Assembly (NCBI RefSeq): GCF_009914755.1
Contig: NC_060928.1
DNA from: the human T2T-CHM13v2.0 reference genome, Homo sapiens
Direction: 5' to 3' (one strand)
DNA: 64,000 bases
Shown here: piece by piece, positions 16,332 through 29,462 of the stretch
How the letters are laid out: the number at the start of each line of letters is the position of its first letter
How positions within the stretch are numbered: position 1 is the first letter of the stretch
Program-made: the position numbers and the translations under genes
Notes under the pieces: generated by a model
Told to the model about the DNA's origin: nothing
The model's database searches: none
What the model saw: only the letters and a program-made list of their open reading frames with translations

Positions 16332-16793
16332 TATGTTAAATTGCAAAACACACATAAAATAACAAACACTTCATATTTCTTCTCAACCTCCATTTTCAAT
16401 CCCCAATATCAAGTGAAACTTTCATTGCCGTATTTCTCTTTTATTATCTTGAGGGTGACTCTTCCCTACTAAATCCTTTGTCTTGGAAACATATTTTGTG
16501 ATTTCTGAAAATTTGCATTGGTTTCTGAAAGGTGAGTTGCTGTAAGCAGCAATTCTAACATTCATCCCTTTTTTCTCTGTGCATCCGATTCTTTCTGTAG
16601 AGCAGACTGTCTTGCAATGTACAAGGTTTACTAAGTTGCCCACTTTGGTACTGCATTATTCCAGTGCTGTGATTTTCTTTCTGGGTTTTAATAATAGACA
16701 GCTGGCTAATAATTTGTCAAGATATGGATCAATAACCTAATTTTGAATTCAAGGCTAAAATACAGTTTGTTTTTACTTATTAAAAAATACACT

Positions 16794-17168
16794 CATTAAA
16801 TTAAATTAAATTAAATATGTCCTAAAGCTGTCTCCATACCTTGAGTTTATCTGCAGCAAACTGCAGCCGACTTAAGAGTACATTCTCCTAGCAAGTAGCT
16901 GAGTCTCAGACATACACAGCAGCCAAGCTTTAGCCAATCACAGACTGCCAACTGATCAGACCATGCCCAAAGAAGGCAAATGCTCACCTGTCAATCAAGC
17001 TGTTTCTGCATGTCATTTCATTTTTCTGTCTATAAATACTATGTGCTCACTTTGCTGCACTGAGCTCTCAGAACCTCTCTGGGTTCTGAGTGATGCTTAA
17101 TTCATGAATCATTCTTTGCTCAGGTAAACTCTATTAAATTTAATTTATCAGAAGTTTTTCTTTTAACA
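16794..17168 (+). mobile_element. ERV1 solo LTR (MER57-like)
   Basis: cctaaagctg.ctcc near the start, agccaatca CCAAT box, ctgtctataaat TATA box, end tttgctca..taaactct.ttaaatttaattt...tttttcttttaaca. Confidence 0.75.
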
Positions 17169-17489
17169 TACTCATTACAAAAGTGTTGCTTGGTTGAATC
17201 TTTGCTCAGCTAGCTAAGAAATTCCTAGCTAGTTGTATTGTCAAAGAAGAATGTTCACCTTACTCAGGATTCCAGAATCCTAAATCATTAAGGCATTTGT
17301 TACTAAAAAGACTAAACTGGTGAAAATAGCAATTCAGTACCTTATTGTTTATCAATTAGCAAAGGTGTCATATGTCAGTCACACACACACAAAGAGAGAG
17401 AAAGAGGGAGATAAATTGAGAAAAATATTTGTGCCACTGTACAATAAAAGTGAAGAACTTTCAAATTTCCCCAACTAACATTTGAATTG

Positions 17490-18051
17490 TGTATCATTGT
17501 CCAGCATTCTACAGAGAGAGAGAACCAACAGAATAGATAAGATATATAAGAGGGAATTTATTAGGGGAATTAGCTCATGCAATTATGGAGGCTGAGAAGT
17601 CCCACAATAGAGCGTATGCAAGCTTCAGACCCTGGGATGCCAGTAGCATGGCTCTGTCCAAGTCCAAAAGCCTCAGAACAAGGGAAGTCAATGGTGTAAT
17701 TCTCAGTCCAAGGCCAAAGGCCTGAAAACCCTGGGGACCACTGGTGTTAAGTCCTGGAGTCTAAAGGCTAGAAAGCCTGGATTTCTGATGTCCAAGGGAA
17801 GGAAAAGAAGAGTGTCTCAACCCCAAGAGAAAGAAAATCACCTTTTCTCTGCCTTTTTCTATTCAGGCCCCTGGCTAATTGGATGGGATCTTTTCACATT
17901 GAAGGTGAATCTTCCCCACTAAGTCCCCTGACTCCCATGCCAATCTCCTTTGGAAACACCCTCACAGACACACCCAGAAGTCATGCTGCTTTACCCGTTC
18001 CCTGGGTTTTCTTTCAGCCAGTCAAGTTGACACCTAAAATTAACCATCACG
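17490..18051 (-). mobile_element. MLT2B-type ERVL LTR
   Basis: ggaattagctcatgcaattatggaggctgagaagtcccac; aaacaccctcacagacacacccaga; cagtcaagttgacacctaaaattaaccatcac. Confidence 0.9.
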
Positions 18052-18729
18052 GTCACTTTGTGAGATATGCTGTTGAAAGCAATAATAAAATGTGTAGATA
18101 CCACAAAGGTAACTGTTCTGCGTATGTCTTTGCAGAAAGCATATTTTTCTCCAGAGGTTTTTGCAAATAAAAATTTTCACTTTGCCAGCAAAGTAACAGC
18201 TTCAATCAATTTCTCTTTTAGCTTATGTAGGAGATACTGATTAAAATAAAGATGATAAAATAAAGATGATTCACAGATGGAACATGAAGCATGCTGCTCC
18301 CTTGGATATTAAAGGACAAACAAACAAGGTCTCTTCAGACTTCAATTTTCTGTCAGAATGATCAGAGAACAGTAACTGAATGGCATCCATTAGGGAGAAT
18401 TCAAGGCCAATACGGCAATAGGTTTTGGTAACTGCCTGAAAGTATCTCATGGGAGCTATAAGACTCTGACAAAACAAGGCTCTCTTCCTGTCATGTCAGG
18501 CGTCTAAATGATGCCCTTTATTTAGGACTGACATTTGGGTGATTAACTGTATTTTGCACTTTTGTACTTGTTCTTTTGTCATATTCTCATTCTTAGTCAA
18601 AGAGTGGTACTACCTTGCCTCTTTGATGTGATGTGCAGCAATTTGAACATCTGTTTCAGACTTTCTTGACTACACCTGATTCGGGTTGATCCAATATTCT
18701 AGAAATTTTATCCAATTTCTGACTTTCAG

Positions 18730-19460
18730 TGTTGATCAATTGCCAAGTCTTATTGCCACTACATTCTAAAACTTTTCAAATCCGTCTCTCTGTCTTTCTA
18801 CCTCTCATTCCCATGGAATGATTTTAGTCAATAATCACATGTGACCTGAATTGCCTCAGGGTGCTTCCCCTGTACAATATTTCCACATTACAGAGAGTTG
18901 TCACTCAGAATTTCCACTTTGGTTGCGTGACCCCAATACTTGAAAAGCTTCGATGACTTTGCATTATTTTTAACTTATAGACTTAATTCATTCAAATAAT
19001 GTAAAATTTGTCCATTTATTGGCTCATGCTTGCATCTCCAATTTTATGTTTTATTAATCTCCCTGCTTTACCTGTTGCCCTATTTACTGATATGCAATTC
19101 CTCAAACATAACACAACCTCTGTCATCATCCTTCATTTACCTATGGCAGTACCTCTAGTTTCAATTTCTTTCTGCTGGGATAACTCTCTTCACTTCAGTT
19201 TTATTTTTATATATTATTTTCTTAGGGATGTTGTTGCTTATTTCCCTAATGCTAGATGGGGTGGCTCTGATCTGGCTACCCAAGCCTGTGTTTATCCCTA
19301 TAGTGGCACTTATCAAATTGTGTTGTAATTACTTGCTTTCTTGCCTCATCTTCTATACAACAAGTGTCACAACAGGAACCTACTATTGTTACCTGTTGCA
19401 TACTAAATCCTTGAATAGTTAGTGGATACATAATATTTATTGAATAAGTAGGTGAATAAA
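18730..19460 (+). mobile_element. L2 3' portion
   Basis: Pyrimidine-rich degenerate L2 (caattgccaagtctt, cttgaaaagcttcgatgac, tgcaattcctcaaacat) ending in aatatttattgaataagtaggtgaat. Confidence 0.65.
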
Positions 19461-20589
19461 GTTAATATGCTATCACAAACATCTGCATTGAGATGATATT
19501 TTCCAATAAGTGATTTTTTTCTATTATTTGACATTTGTAAGTGTAAAAGAGTTTAGATACAATCTTGAGAAGATTGGGGAATAAGGGACCTCTCATTAAC
19601 TAGAATAGTCAGAAAAAGAGCTTTTGCAATCCTAAAATAAGCTGCAATCTTGAAAATGTACTAAACCGTAGAGAAAATTTAAGTTTCTGGCACACACAAA
19701 GGAAAGGCAAAAGTGAATGACAATAAATGTACAACCTGATCTATTTGGTTCATTTCTGACAGAATTCAGAAATGAGTACTGATGAAACCTCAGATTATTT
19801 CATAAGGCAACTCTGTAAATATGTGAAATCATTTCATATATGATGTATGTGAGACATGTTAATTGTCAAGTGCTTGAATAATGTAAAAATGCTTTTTTTT
19901 TTTTAAACCACCATCCCTAGATAGTGAGAATCTCCTTTTACTAAGAAGTTGTGAGAGAATGGGAAACTGGTCAGATATGTTTTTAGGGCCTCTCCAGGAA
20001 GGCAGTTATGGAATCCTTTTGTAAACTATATACCTGGAATCAACTATTTAACTATTTCAGGTGAAATTATAGCAGTCACTCCTGAAATCTATTCCTATAC
20101 ATTTAGATCAACCTGTCTAGGGATTACCAGGTTTTCACTGAAGGAAAAGGAAATGTGATAAGAGAAAGATGAATCATTCCTATGATTTAAGTAGTTGCGT
20201 AAATATTACAAACTTGTGACACAGTGGAAATAAAGCTGAGCTTGAATAGGGGAGACTTATATTGGAGAGGCACAATTTCTTCTACAGGATTTGCTATTTA
20301 GCTATTGCTCTTTAGAATTACAAAAACATAAATAAAATGGTGGATATGAACATTTTGATCACTAAATTAAAAAAAGAAGCAAATTAGCAGAATGGGCAGC
20401 AGGATAGAGAATGCTTAAGGGCAACTTAGTAGTGAGCCAATGAGGTCCAAAAAGCCAGTTCTCTGTTTGAAATTCCAGAAGATAACAGAAAGCATGTGGG
20501 GTGGGAAATTACCTCCAAAATAATGATGAAAACTTTCTCCAATAGCAATTAGACATGATTGTTCAGAACTGAACCACGTGACCTATATT

Positions 20590-21075
20590 AAGCCTCTACC
20601 CGTCATCAGGTACCAAGGTTTGTTCTAGATCACAGATTTAAAACACAACAAAACAAAACAAAACAAAAAGTAACATCCCTGTCATTTTGGAATTTAACAT
20701 AGTGGAAAAGGAGTCTAAAATAAAAATTCATAAGCATGCAATAAATTAGGTAATAATAACTATGAAGAAAACATGGTACAGTAAGATTAATAATGAAAAT
20801 GGGAACTGTGAACTTGATAGTCCAAGGGGAAAGGTTTCAGGTAAACATGTGCAAAGCTCTAAAAGGAGGTTACTAGCAATGAGGTTGCTCCAACTCTGTT
20901 GGAGCTGAGTGACAGGGAGTATGACTGAAAATGGGGTTGGATTTGTAGCAGGTGGACATTCATAAGGGGTATTGTAGGCTGTGAAGATTATTTCAGGTGT
21001 TATGGAAGCCATTGCAGGGTTTCAAGTAGGAGAGAACATTGAAACAATAGATGTGCATCTGGGAGTCAGCAATGT
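20590..21075 (-). mobile_element. L2 fragment
   Basis: atccctgtcattttggaatttaaca, catgtgcaaagctct, ggaagccattgcagggtttcaagtagg. Confidence 0.6.
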
Positions 21076-21129
21076 AGAAAACAGTAACATTAATAAATTA
21101 ACTAATTAAAATATTTTATTACCACTAAA

Positions 21130-24100
21130 TTTTTCCTTTTCTTTGGATCCATGTAACTTACATTATTTTGAAATATTTTTCCTAATGTCCAAAAATACTT
21201 TATCATAGAACATGTTCTATATAAGGTAATTTTATTTTATTTTAAAATATGGTATCTATGCTTGAAAATGTAAATTCTATAGTTATTGAGTATAGGGTTC
21301 TGTAACATGGGAATTATGTCCTGTTAATTATTTATTGGAATTCTATTAAAATGAAATTTTTTCTGTTTCTTCTAGTAATTCCTGAAAAAAGTTAACTTTT
21401 GCCATGAGTGTACAAAATTTGTCAGTATTTATTTTTGGGGGTGGTATTGTTAGAGTTATTGAAAGATTTATCTTTTGAAATTACACTTTTAAACTTTTTA
21501 TGATCTATGTTTTTAAATGCACATAAGTAATTGTATTTATACTACCTTTCATTACTTTTAATTTTCTAAATTCTCATGATGTATGTAAGATTTTTGTATA
21601 CATATGTAGTGTGAATATTTTTAATACAATATGACAATTTTTATTCTATTACTAGAACATTTAGACCACTCATATTTAGGAAAACAACACATTCCTTTTT
21701 AAATCTATAAATTTAATTTGTGATGTTTTGTGTGCTATCTGTAATTTTAATATTGGCTATCATTGCCTTGTTTTATAATTACAGAATTTTTGAACTATTC
21801 TCTTTATGACCTTTATATTCTTCAGAAGGTATGCACATCCTTTCAGTTTCTTTTTCTTATATTGATTTCCTTTTAACTTTCAAAATTCATCTTTGAATTC
21901 CTAAGTCTAATGCTACTTGTCTCTTTTACTTTTCTCATGGGTGGTGATATAAAGTTAGAAAAGTTTATTACCCTTTATGTCCTTTTGATTTATGCATCAT
22001 TGTTTTTACAGGCTGTATATTAATTATAAAATTATAGATTTTAATTACTACTGATTAAAATGAATTCATATTATAACTTATTTAGAACATTGTTACATCT
22101 AAATGTTATATAGATATTATGTAAAATAATAAATAAATAAATATAAAAAATAAACATTATGCCCAATATTATTGTTTTATACAATCAATTAGTGGAATCA
22201 CCCACATATTTAATATGTGCTCTTAATCCTCTTAATCCTTACTGCGTATGTAAAGATCATTTTGTTTCCCCTATTTCCTTGAAAAATATTTTTGCTAGTT
22301 AGAAACTTCTAGGTTGGCAGTTATATTATTTTGACACATTGGCTATGTCATTTCACCATTATCTTTCTTCCTATATTTGTGTTGAAAACCTAGCTGTACA
22401 TGTAATAGAGAATCTTTGTAATTATTTACTTTTTTAAGATTTTTCTCTTGCCTGTCCAATTCTGAAGTTTCACTTTAACATGTCAGCTTTTGATATTTTT
22501 AAGAAATTTTAGATTAAAATTGAAATTAAATTCTGGGCAGTAGCTTCCGGCATAATTTCTAGTTTACTAGTCCACTTTTCATCTTCTTATAAAACCGTCC
22601 ACTGAGAAAATGTAACATTCTGGTTTTTAGCTTGAGAATTTCAATGTTTAAAATTTTATTTATTATTTAATTGGCATATAACAATTGTACATATATATGA
22701 AGCACACTGTGAAGTTTTGATACATACAACATTATAGTGATCAGATCAGGGTAATTAGTATATCCATTATCTCAAACGTTTAAGATTTCTTTGTGTTTGG
22801 AACATTCAACATCCTATCTTCTAGCTTTTTGAAAATATATAACATATTATTTTTGACTATATTCATCCTACACTGCTATAGAACACTAGAATTTATTTTA
22901 CCTTCCTAGCTTCCATGTTTTATTCCTTAATAAATCTCTCCCTATGCTCCCTTCCCCTGACCCTTCCCAACCTCTGGTAACCTCTGTCTACTATAATTCT
23001 ATGAAATCAGATTTTTTAGCTTCCACATATGAATGAGAATATGTTGTGTATGCTGTGTTTAACTTTCTGTTCATGGTTTATTTCACTTAACATAAATTCC
23101 TCCAGCCTTATCCATGTTGCTGAAAATAACAGGATTTCATTCTTTTCATGGCTAAATAGTACTCCATTGTGTATATGTACCTCATTTTCTTTATTATTTT
23201 ATTTGTTGTTGGACACTTGGGTTAACTTAGTATTGAAGCAATTGTGCATACTGCTGACAGATACCAAAACCAGACAAGGACACAACGACCATAAATAGAG
23301 CTGCAGAATAATATCCCTGATGAACATAGATTCTAACATTCTTAATAAAATACTGGCTAACAAAATCCAACAGCACATCAAAAAGACCATACACCATGAT
23401 CAAGTGGAATTTCTCTCAAGTATGCAAGACATTTCAACATATTCAAATCAAAACATGATACATCACATCAACAGAATAAAGAACAAAAAGCATGATAATC
23501 TCAAAAGATACAGAAATGGTATTTGATAATATTCAACACTTCTTCATGATAAAGACTCTCAATAAATTAGGTATAAAAGGAAAGTAGCTCAACACAATAA
23601 AAGTTATATATGACAAATCCACAGCTAACATCATATTACATGGGGAAAAGCTTTGGTTTTCCTCTGGGAACTGGAATATAAGGAAGCCCACTCTTACCAC
23701 TTCTGTTCAACGTAGCATTGAAGTCGTGGTCAGAGTATTTAGGCAAGAAAAAGAAATAAGGGCATCCAAACTGAATAGCAGACAAATCGTCCTTGTTTTC
23801 AGATCATGTTGCCTTATATATAGAAAAACCTAAAGACACTGCTAAGAAATCTCTTAGAACTGATAAACGAATTCACTAAAGTTGCTGGATAGAAAATCAA
23901 CATAAAACATTCAGTAGCATTTCTATACAAGAACAATGAACTAGCTGAAAAAGAACTCAAGAAAGGAATCCCATTTACAATTGCTGCGAAAAATAAAAAT
24001 ACCTAGGAATAAATTTAACCAGTGGGGTGACAGTGTGTTCTACAAGGAAAACTATAAAACGCTGATGAAAGAAATTGAGTAAGACACATAGAAAATGGAA

Positions 24101-24810
24101 CACAATCCCAAGTTTATGGACTGGAAATATTAATATTGTTAAAATGACCATACTACCCAAAACGATCTACAGACTCAACACAATCCCTCTTAAAATACAA
24201 ATACCATTTTTCACATAAATAGAAGAACAATTCTAAAATTCATATGGAACCACAAAAGATGCTGAATAGCCAAAGGTATCCTGAGCAAAAAGAACAAAAC
24301 TAGAAGCATTATATTACCTGACTTCTAATTATACTACAGAGCTATAGTAGCCAAAACAGCATGGTACTGGCCTTAAAACAGACCCATAGACAAATGGAAC
24401 AGAATAGATAACCCATAAATTATTTTATGCATCTACAGCCAACTGATTTTTAACAAAGGCATCAAGAACATCTATTGGGGAAAAGAACAGTCTCTTCAAT
24501 TAATGGTGCCAAGAAAACTGGATATCCGTATGAAGAACAAAACTAGGCTCCCATCTCTCACTCTATACAAAACCCAAAGTTAAGAGTTAAATCCAGAAAC
24601 AATTTATTTAAATATCTGTAATCCTAAGTTTTTATTTAAATATTTGATTCTTTTTTCTGCTAGTTCTGCTCATATCATATTTTGCCTATGTTTTTGTTAT
24701 GTGTACTTTCTTCTAGAAGTTGTACTTGAAATAATATTTATAGAAATAATTGGGAAACCAATATGTTGTCTTCCTCCAAAGAATCTTTCTATGTGTGTTT
24801 TTATTCTTGG
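21130..24810 (-). mobile_element. Ancient LINE-1 (L1M-type) antisense fragment hosting the L1MA insertion (pieces about 21130-22650 and 24600-24810)
   Basis: T-rich antisense L1 tracts (cttgaaaatgtaaattctatagttattg.gtatag.gttct; ttgaaaaatatttttgctag..agaa.ttctaggttggcagtt). Confidence 0.55.
22655..24600 (-). mobile_element. L1MA-type element with 5' inversion (22655-23223 antisense 3' end; about 23224-24600 ORF2 on +)
   Basis: Antisense 3'UTR (gatcagatcagggtaattag, catccta.actgctatagaacactagaa), then sense ORF2 RT remnants ([29 protein letters not shown]). Confidence 0.88.
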
Positions 24811-25239
24811 GCAAGACAGTTCAGGTATAGGAGACAGGATCCAAAATCTGCCCTGGCTTAAAACTCCTATGCTACTCAGGAACAAATATTAATAATAATG
24901 TCATATACATATGCAGGACACCTGTAAGTCATGTCAGTTTCAAGAGTCACTGGATTTAGGGAAACCCAAGATTCAGAGTTCCTCTTACAATCCAGAAACA
25001 ATTTATAAATAATGGACCATTTTTTATATAAATAATCTTGCTTGATAATATAATTGACATTTTATGTATCTCAGGTGTTTTGGGGAACAATGCAAGAAAG
25101 TTGACCAAATGTTGAATACTCTTTCATCAGAAGCAAAATTTTGTTACTTCCTCCAGGGCTACTAGCTCACCTTGTTTAGATCTTAAAAGCCCATAAGCAG
25201 TAGAAGTGTATCTTATCCAGAGCTTTCAGAATTCCATTT

Positions 25240-25340
25240 GCTCATTTTATTCAAACATATTTTTGAGCACCTGCTATTTGCCAGGACCTGTTCTAGGTTA
25301 GCGGAATAGTCAAGGATTAAAATGTCAGATTCTTTAGGAA
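25240..25340 (-). mobile_element. L2 3' end fragment
   Basis: attcaaacatatttttgagcacctgctatttgccagg.cctgttctagg. Confidence 0.6.
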
Positions 25341-26189
25341 CAAAAAATAGAAGAATGTTGAGAGATAAATAAGGTGAGATGTCTAGAATAGATAATTTGT
25401 ACTTGCTAATTAAACACAAAGGTCTTATGTCGATTTTCAGCAGAAAGATGTAAAACTGGAGTTTATGGAAATTAATAAAAGAAGGAAATAGTATGTCCTA
25501 TGAGCAGAAAAGAGAATGATCTCGCTGATTACGAGGTGCTAATGGGGGATTTCTTATATTTTGATCCCTACTGTAAGAATTAGGGCAGGTCAATCCTGAC
25601 TGAAGAGCTGCAAACCGGATGACAGACACACAAGCACCATTCATACAAGGCTAGATGTAAGCAATCTTCCTCAGCTAACAACTTATACATAAATGGACTT
25701 GAATAGTAAATTCATTACACTCCAGGCAAAAAATACAATTTCTCCCTCAAAGAAGTACAATTCAAGATTCTACCAAATTATTTGATTAAGGAAAATAATA
25801 AATACATATATATATACATATATATGAAAAATTGCTTCTAAGTAATAATGGACTCTCAAAGAAAATTAAAGTAAAACATAATTTTCATTTTCTGCAAAAT
25901 CCACTGTCATTAAATATGTAGAAGGAATCTATAAGCATGTGATTTCTTTCTAAGGAAGTCAATGGAATTCTGCAAAGGAAATGCTTACATATCAATAAGA
26001 CTACATATTGTATATTTTTGCAGTTTTCACAGATTTCTATAAAAGGAACAAGCACTGCTGAACTATTAGAAAAACTAAGAAAGTTGGTATAATTGAGACA
26101 GGAGGTCTTTATATTCTAAAGATACAGAGCAAATCAATGTTATACACAGAAACTGACTTCTGTTGTAGTTACAACTTGAATGACAGTTC

Positions 26190-26850
26190 AGAACATGAAA
26201 TGGGTGTTAAAAGATTTGACCTTCATTCTATAGGCCACGGACAACCACAAGATGTTTCAAGCTATTGAATAAACAAACGCATTTTTGAAAGATCACTCTG
26301 TCAGCAGTGTGAAAGAAGAGGAGGGGACAAGACTAAAGAATAGGACACCAATTCTGTATGTTTAGCAATCCGTTGGGAAATGTGGAGTGAGGTTTTGAGC
26401 TAAGATGCAAACTATCTAGACAAAATTGCTTGTGAGGTAATAAGATGATTTTTTATAAAGGAAAATCAATTAGAGTTTCATGCAGGACTCAGTCATCCAT
26501 TGGATCTGGCAAGGGAGTAAGTTTGGCACCCAAAAGTGGAAAATAAAAAGATGATTTTTGGATTGCTTCAATAGTGAGATTTGGCAGTGTAGGTGCAGAA
26601 TAAGTGCAATGGGACTAGAATGAAGTGACTGAAATGGAATAGCTGAAGAACAGTACCATTAGGGATTTAACAAAATTGTTAAAAATGAAAATAAAACCCA
26701 AGAGTGGTAGGAGATTTGGGCTCAAGGAAAGGTCATATAACTGAAGGTCTCCAAGATGTTGAAAAAAAAGATGTTCACTAAATAAGAGAATGAAATATTT
26801 AGAAAGATGGAAAAAAAGATGACAAACTCAAGTGTTAACAGTGGCCTCCT
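26190..26850 (-). mobile_element. L2 fragment
   Basis: gcatttttgaaagatcactctgtcagcagtgtgaa; tccattggatctggcaa. Confidence 0.55.
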
Positions 26851-26993
26851 AATAATATAAAACAAGTATTTACTTATATTGTTAGTAATAATGTTCTTTA
26901 CATCCACAAAGAACAATGTAGGCTCACTACCATTCTTTAAAAATGCACTCAATCTTTTCATTTATATTTTAGTAAGCTGTATTTGAAAAAAAA

Positions 26994-27083
26994 TATATAT
27001 ATACACATACATATATATGTATATATGTTGCACTATATGTATGATATATAGTGTGAATACACACACGTGCACACACACACACT
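26994..27083. repeat. (TA)n/(CA)n low-complexity tract
   Basis: Read directly from the sequence. Confidence 0.8.
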
Positions 27084-27242
27084 ATAGGAAAAGTAGAAAT
27101 GCAAGTATACTGATGGACACTTTATTCTGACCCCTGTGAGGAAACGACAAGTAGAAGTGGAGGGACGATGGTGGGCTGCACAGGGGGTGCCATAACTAAA
27201 GGATGCAACATGTACTTAGATTCAGTCCATTGCTGCCATGGA

Positions 27243-27493
27243 AACATCATATAGTGCAGAGACTCAGAGTATGGACTCTGCATCCAGCAACTTAGCTCTG
27301 TCACTTATCAGGACCATAACCTCAGGCAAATCACTGAACTCCTCTGTCTCAGTTTCTTTGTCTTTAAAAAGAAAATTACAATAATATTTCTTCCCTCATA
27401 GCGTATGACTACTAAACTTCTTAATTCATTGCAAGCTCTTTGAAATGAACCTGGTACATAGTGGATACTTATTAAAGGTTAGCCATCATTACT
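27243..27493 (+). mobile_element. MIR, near full length
   Basis: gctctgtcactta...ggcaaatcactgaac..ctctgtctcagtttc, 3' end cctggtacatagtg..tact...aa.gttagc.atcatt. Confidence 0.8.
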
Positions 27494-27811
27494 GGTAAGG
27501 CAAATACAGTGTTTCTGTTGTGATTTTCCATTGAAATCCAATAAAATATCAATTTTTGTTAGTGTTTATTCATTTTTTTATTCTTATATATCAGATTCCC
27601 CCTTTAGCTATCTTCTGGCCATCAGTTTGAGACTCTGAGGCAGAGATTGTTATAATAGGATAAATAGCTTTGTTGGTAAATGGTACCTTCTTGTGAGCCA
27701 ACTCTGAAATGCTTGTAGGGGTTGCTTGAATTACTGTAGTGGGAAAGATAGCATACTAACTCAGAAGATGCAAAAAAGTGTTTGAAAACCATCATATAAA
27801 ATTTTAAAAGT

Positions 27812-29462
27812 TATTGAAGATCAGTTAATGGTAGGTATGTCTGGATTTATTTCTGGGTTCTCTATTATGTTCCATTGATCTATAGGTCTACTTTTATAAC
27901 ACTACTATGCTGTTTTGGTTACTATAGACTTGTGGTATAATATACACTGGGGAAGTCACACCCTATTCAATAAATGGTGCTGGAAAAATTGGATAGTCAT
28001 ATGCAGAAGAATGAAACTGGACGCATATCTCTCACCATATAAAAAATTAACTCAATATCAATGAAAGACTTAAATATAAGACCCAGAAGTATAAAACTCT
28101 AGAATAAAACCTATGAAAAACTCTTCCAGACATTGGCCTCAGCAAATAATTTATGAGAAAGTTCTCAAAAGCAAATGCAACAAAAACAAATAAAAACAAA
28201 TGGAACTTAAACTGAAAAGCTTTCGCAGAGTAAAATAAATAATCAACAAAATAAACAGATAACCTACAAAATTGGAGAAAATATTTGCAAATTATGCATC
28301 TGATAAATGGCCAATATATACAATCTACAAGAAACTGAAACAACTCAACAAAGAAAAAAAAACAAATAATCCCATTAAAAAGTGGGCAAAGAACATAAAA
28401 AGATATTACACGAAAGAAGACATGCAATCAGCCAACAAAAATGAAAGTATGCTTAAATCACTAATCATCAGAAAAATTAAAAATTAAAACCACAGTACTA
28501 TCTTACACGAGAAGGAATTGCTATTACTAAAAAGTCAAAAATCAACAGATGTTGGTGAAGATGTGGAGAAAAGGCAATTCTTATACACTGTTGGTGGTAA
28601 TGTGAATTAGTGCAATCTTTATAAGAAACAGTACGGAGATTTCTCAAAAAACTAATAATAGAAGTACTATTCAATCTAGCAATCCCACTACTGAGTACCT
28701 ACCCCATTGAAAATAAATCACTATATCAGAATGACATCTGCACCTGTATGCTTATCACAGCACTATTCAAAAAAGGTAAGACATGAAATCCCCTAAGTGT
28801 TCATCAACAGAAACAGAGGGTTGGATAAATAAAATGTGACATATATATGTGTTGTATCCATATATAAAGTATATATATACACACACACATATATGTGTGT
28901 ATATATACATATCACATTGTATGTATATATGTATGTATATATACATATCACATTGTATGTATATATGTATATGTATACATGATATATACCACATTTTATT
29001 TATCCAATCCTCTGTTGATGATTGGATAAATAAAAAGTAGTATCCCATGGTGTGTGTGTGTGTGTGTGTGTGTATATGCATGTGCATATATGTGTGTGTA
29101 TGCTACTCAACCATAAAAAAGAACAAAATTATGTATTTTGCAGCAACATGGATGGAACTGGAGGCCATTATCCTCATTGAAATAACTCTGAAACAGAAGT
29201 TGAATATTACATGTTCTCACTTATAAGTTGGACTTAATCAATGCGTACACATGGACATACAAGTAAACTAATAGATACTGTAGGCTCGAAAAGGGTGGGG
29301 GAGGTGAGTAGGATGAGGGAAGAAAATTTATCTGTTGGGTACATTGTAAATTATTTGGGTAATAGGTACCCTAAAAATGCAGACTTCACCACTATGCAAT
29401 ATATGCTTGTAACAAAACTGCACTTATATTTACTAAATCTATAAAATTAAAAATAAATAAAT
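27812..29462 (+). mobile_element. L1PB4/L1MA1-2-type 3' portion with a short 5' inversion (27812-27940 antisense; 27941-29462 sense)
   Basis: Antisense ORF2 (ttgaagatcagtt...tttctgggttctctatt), then sense atacactggggaa...ccctattcaataaatggtgctgg through the 3'UTR agacttcaccactatgcaatata and an A-tail. Confidence 0.88.
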
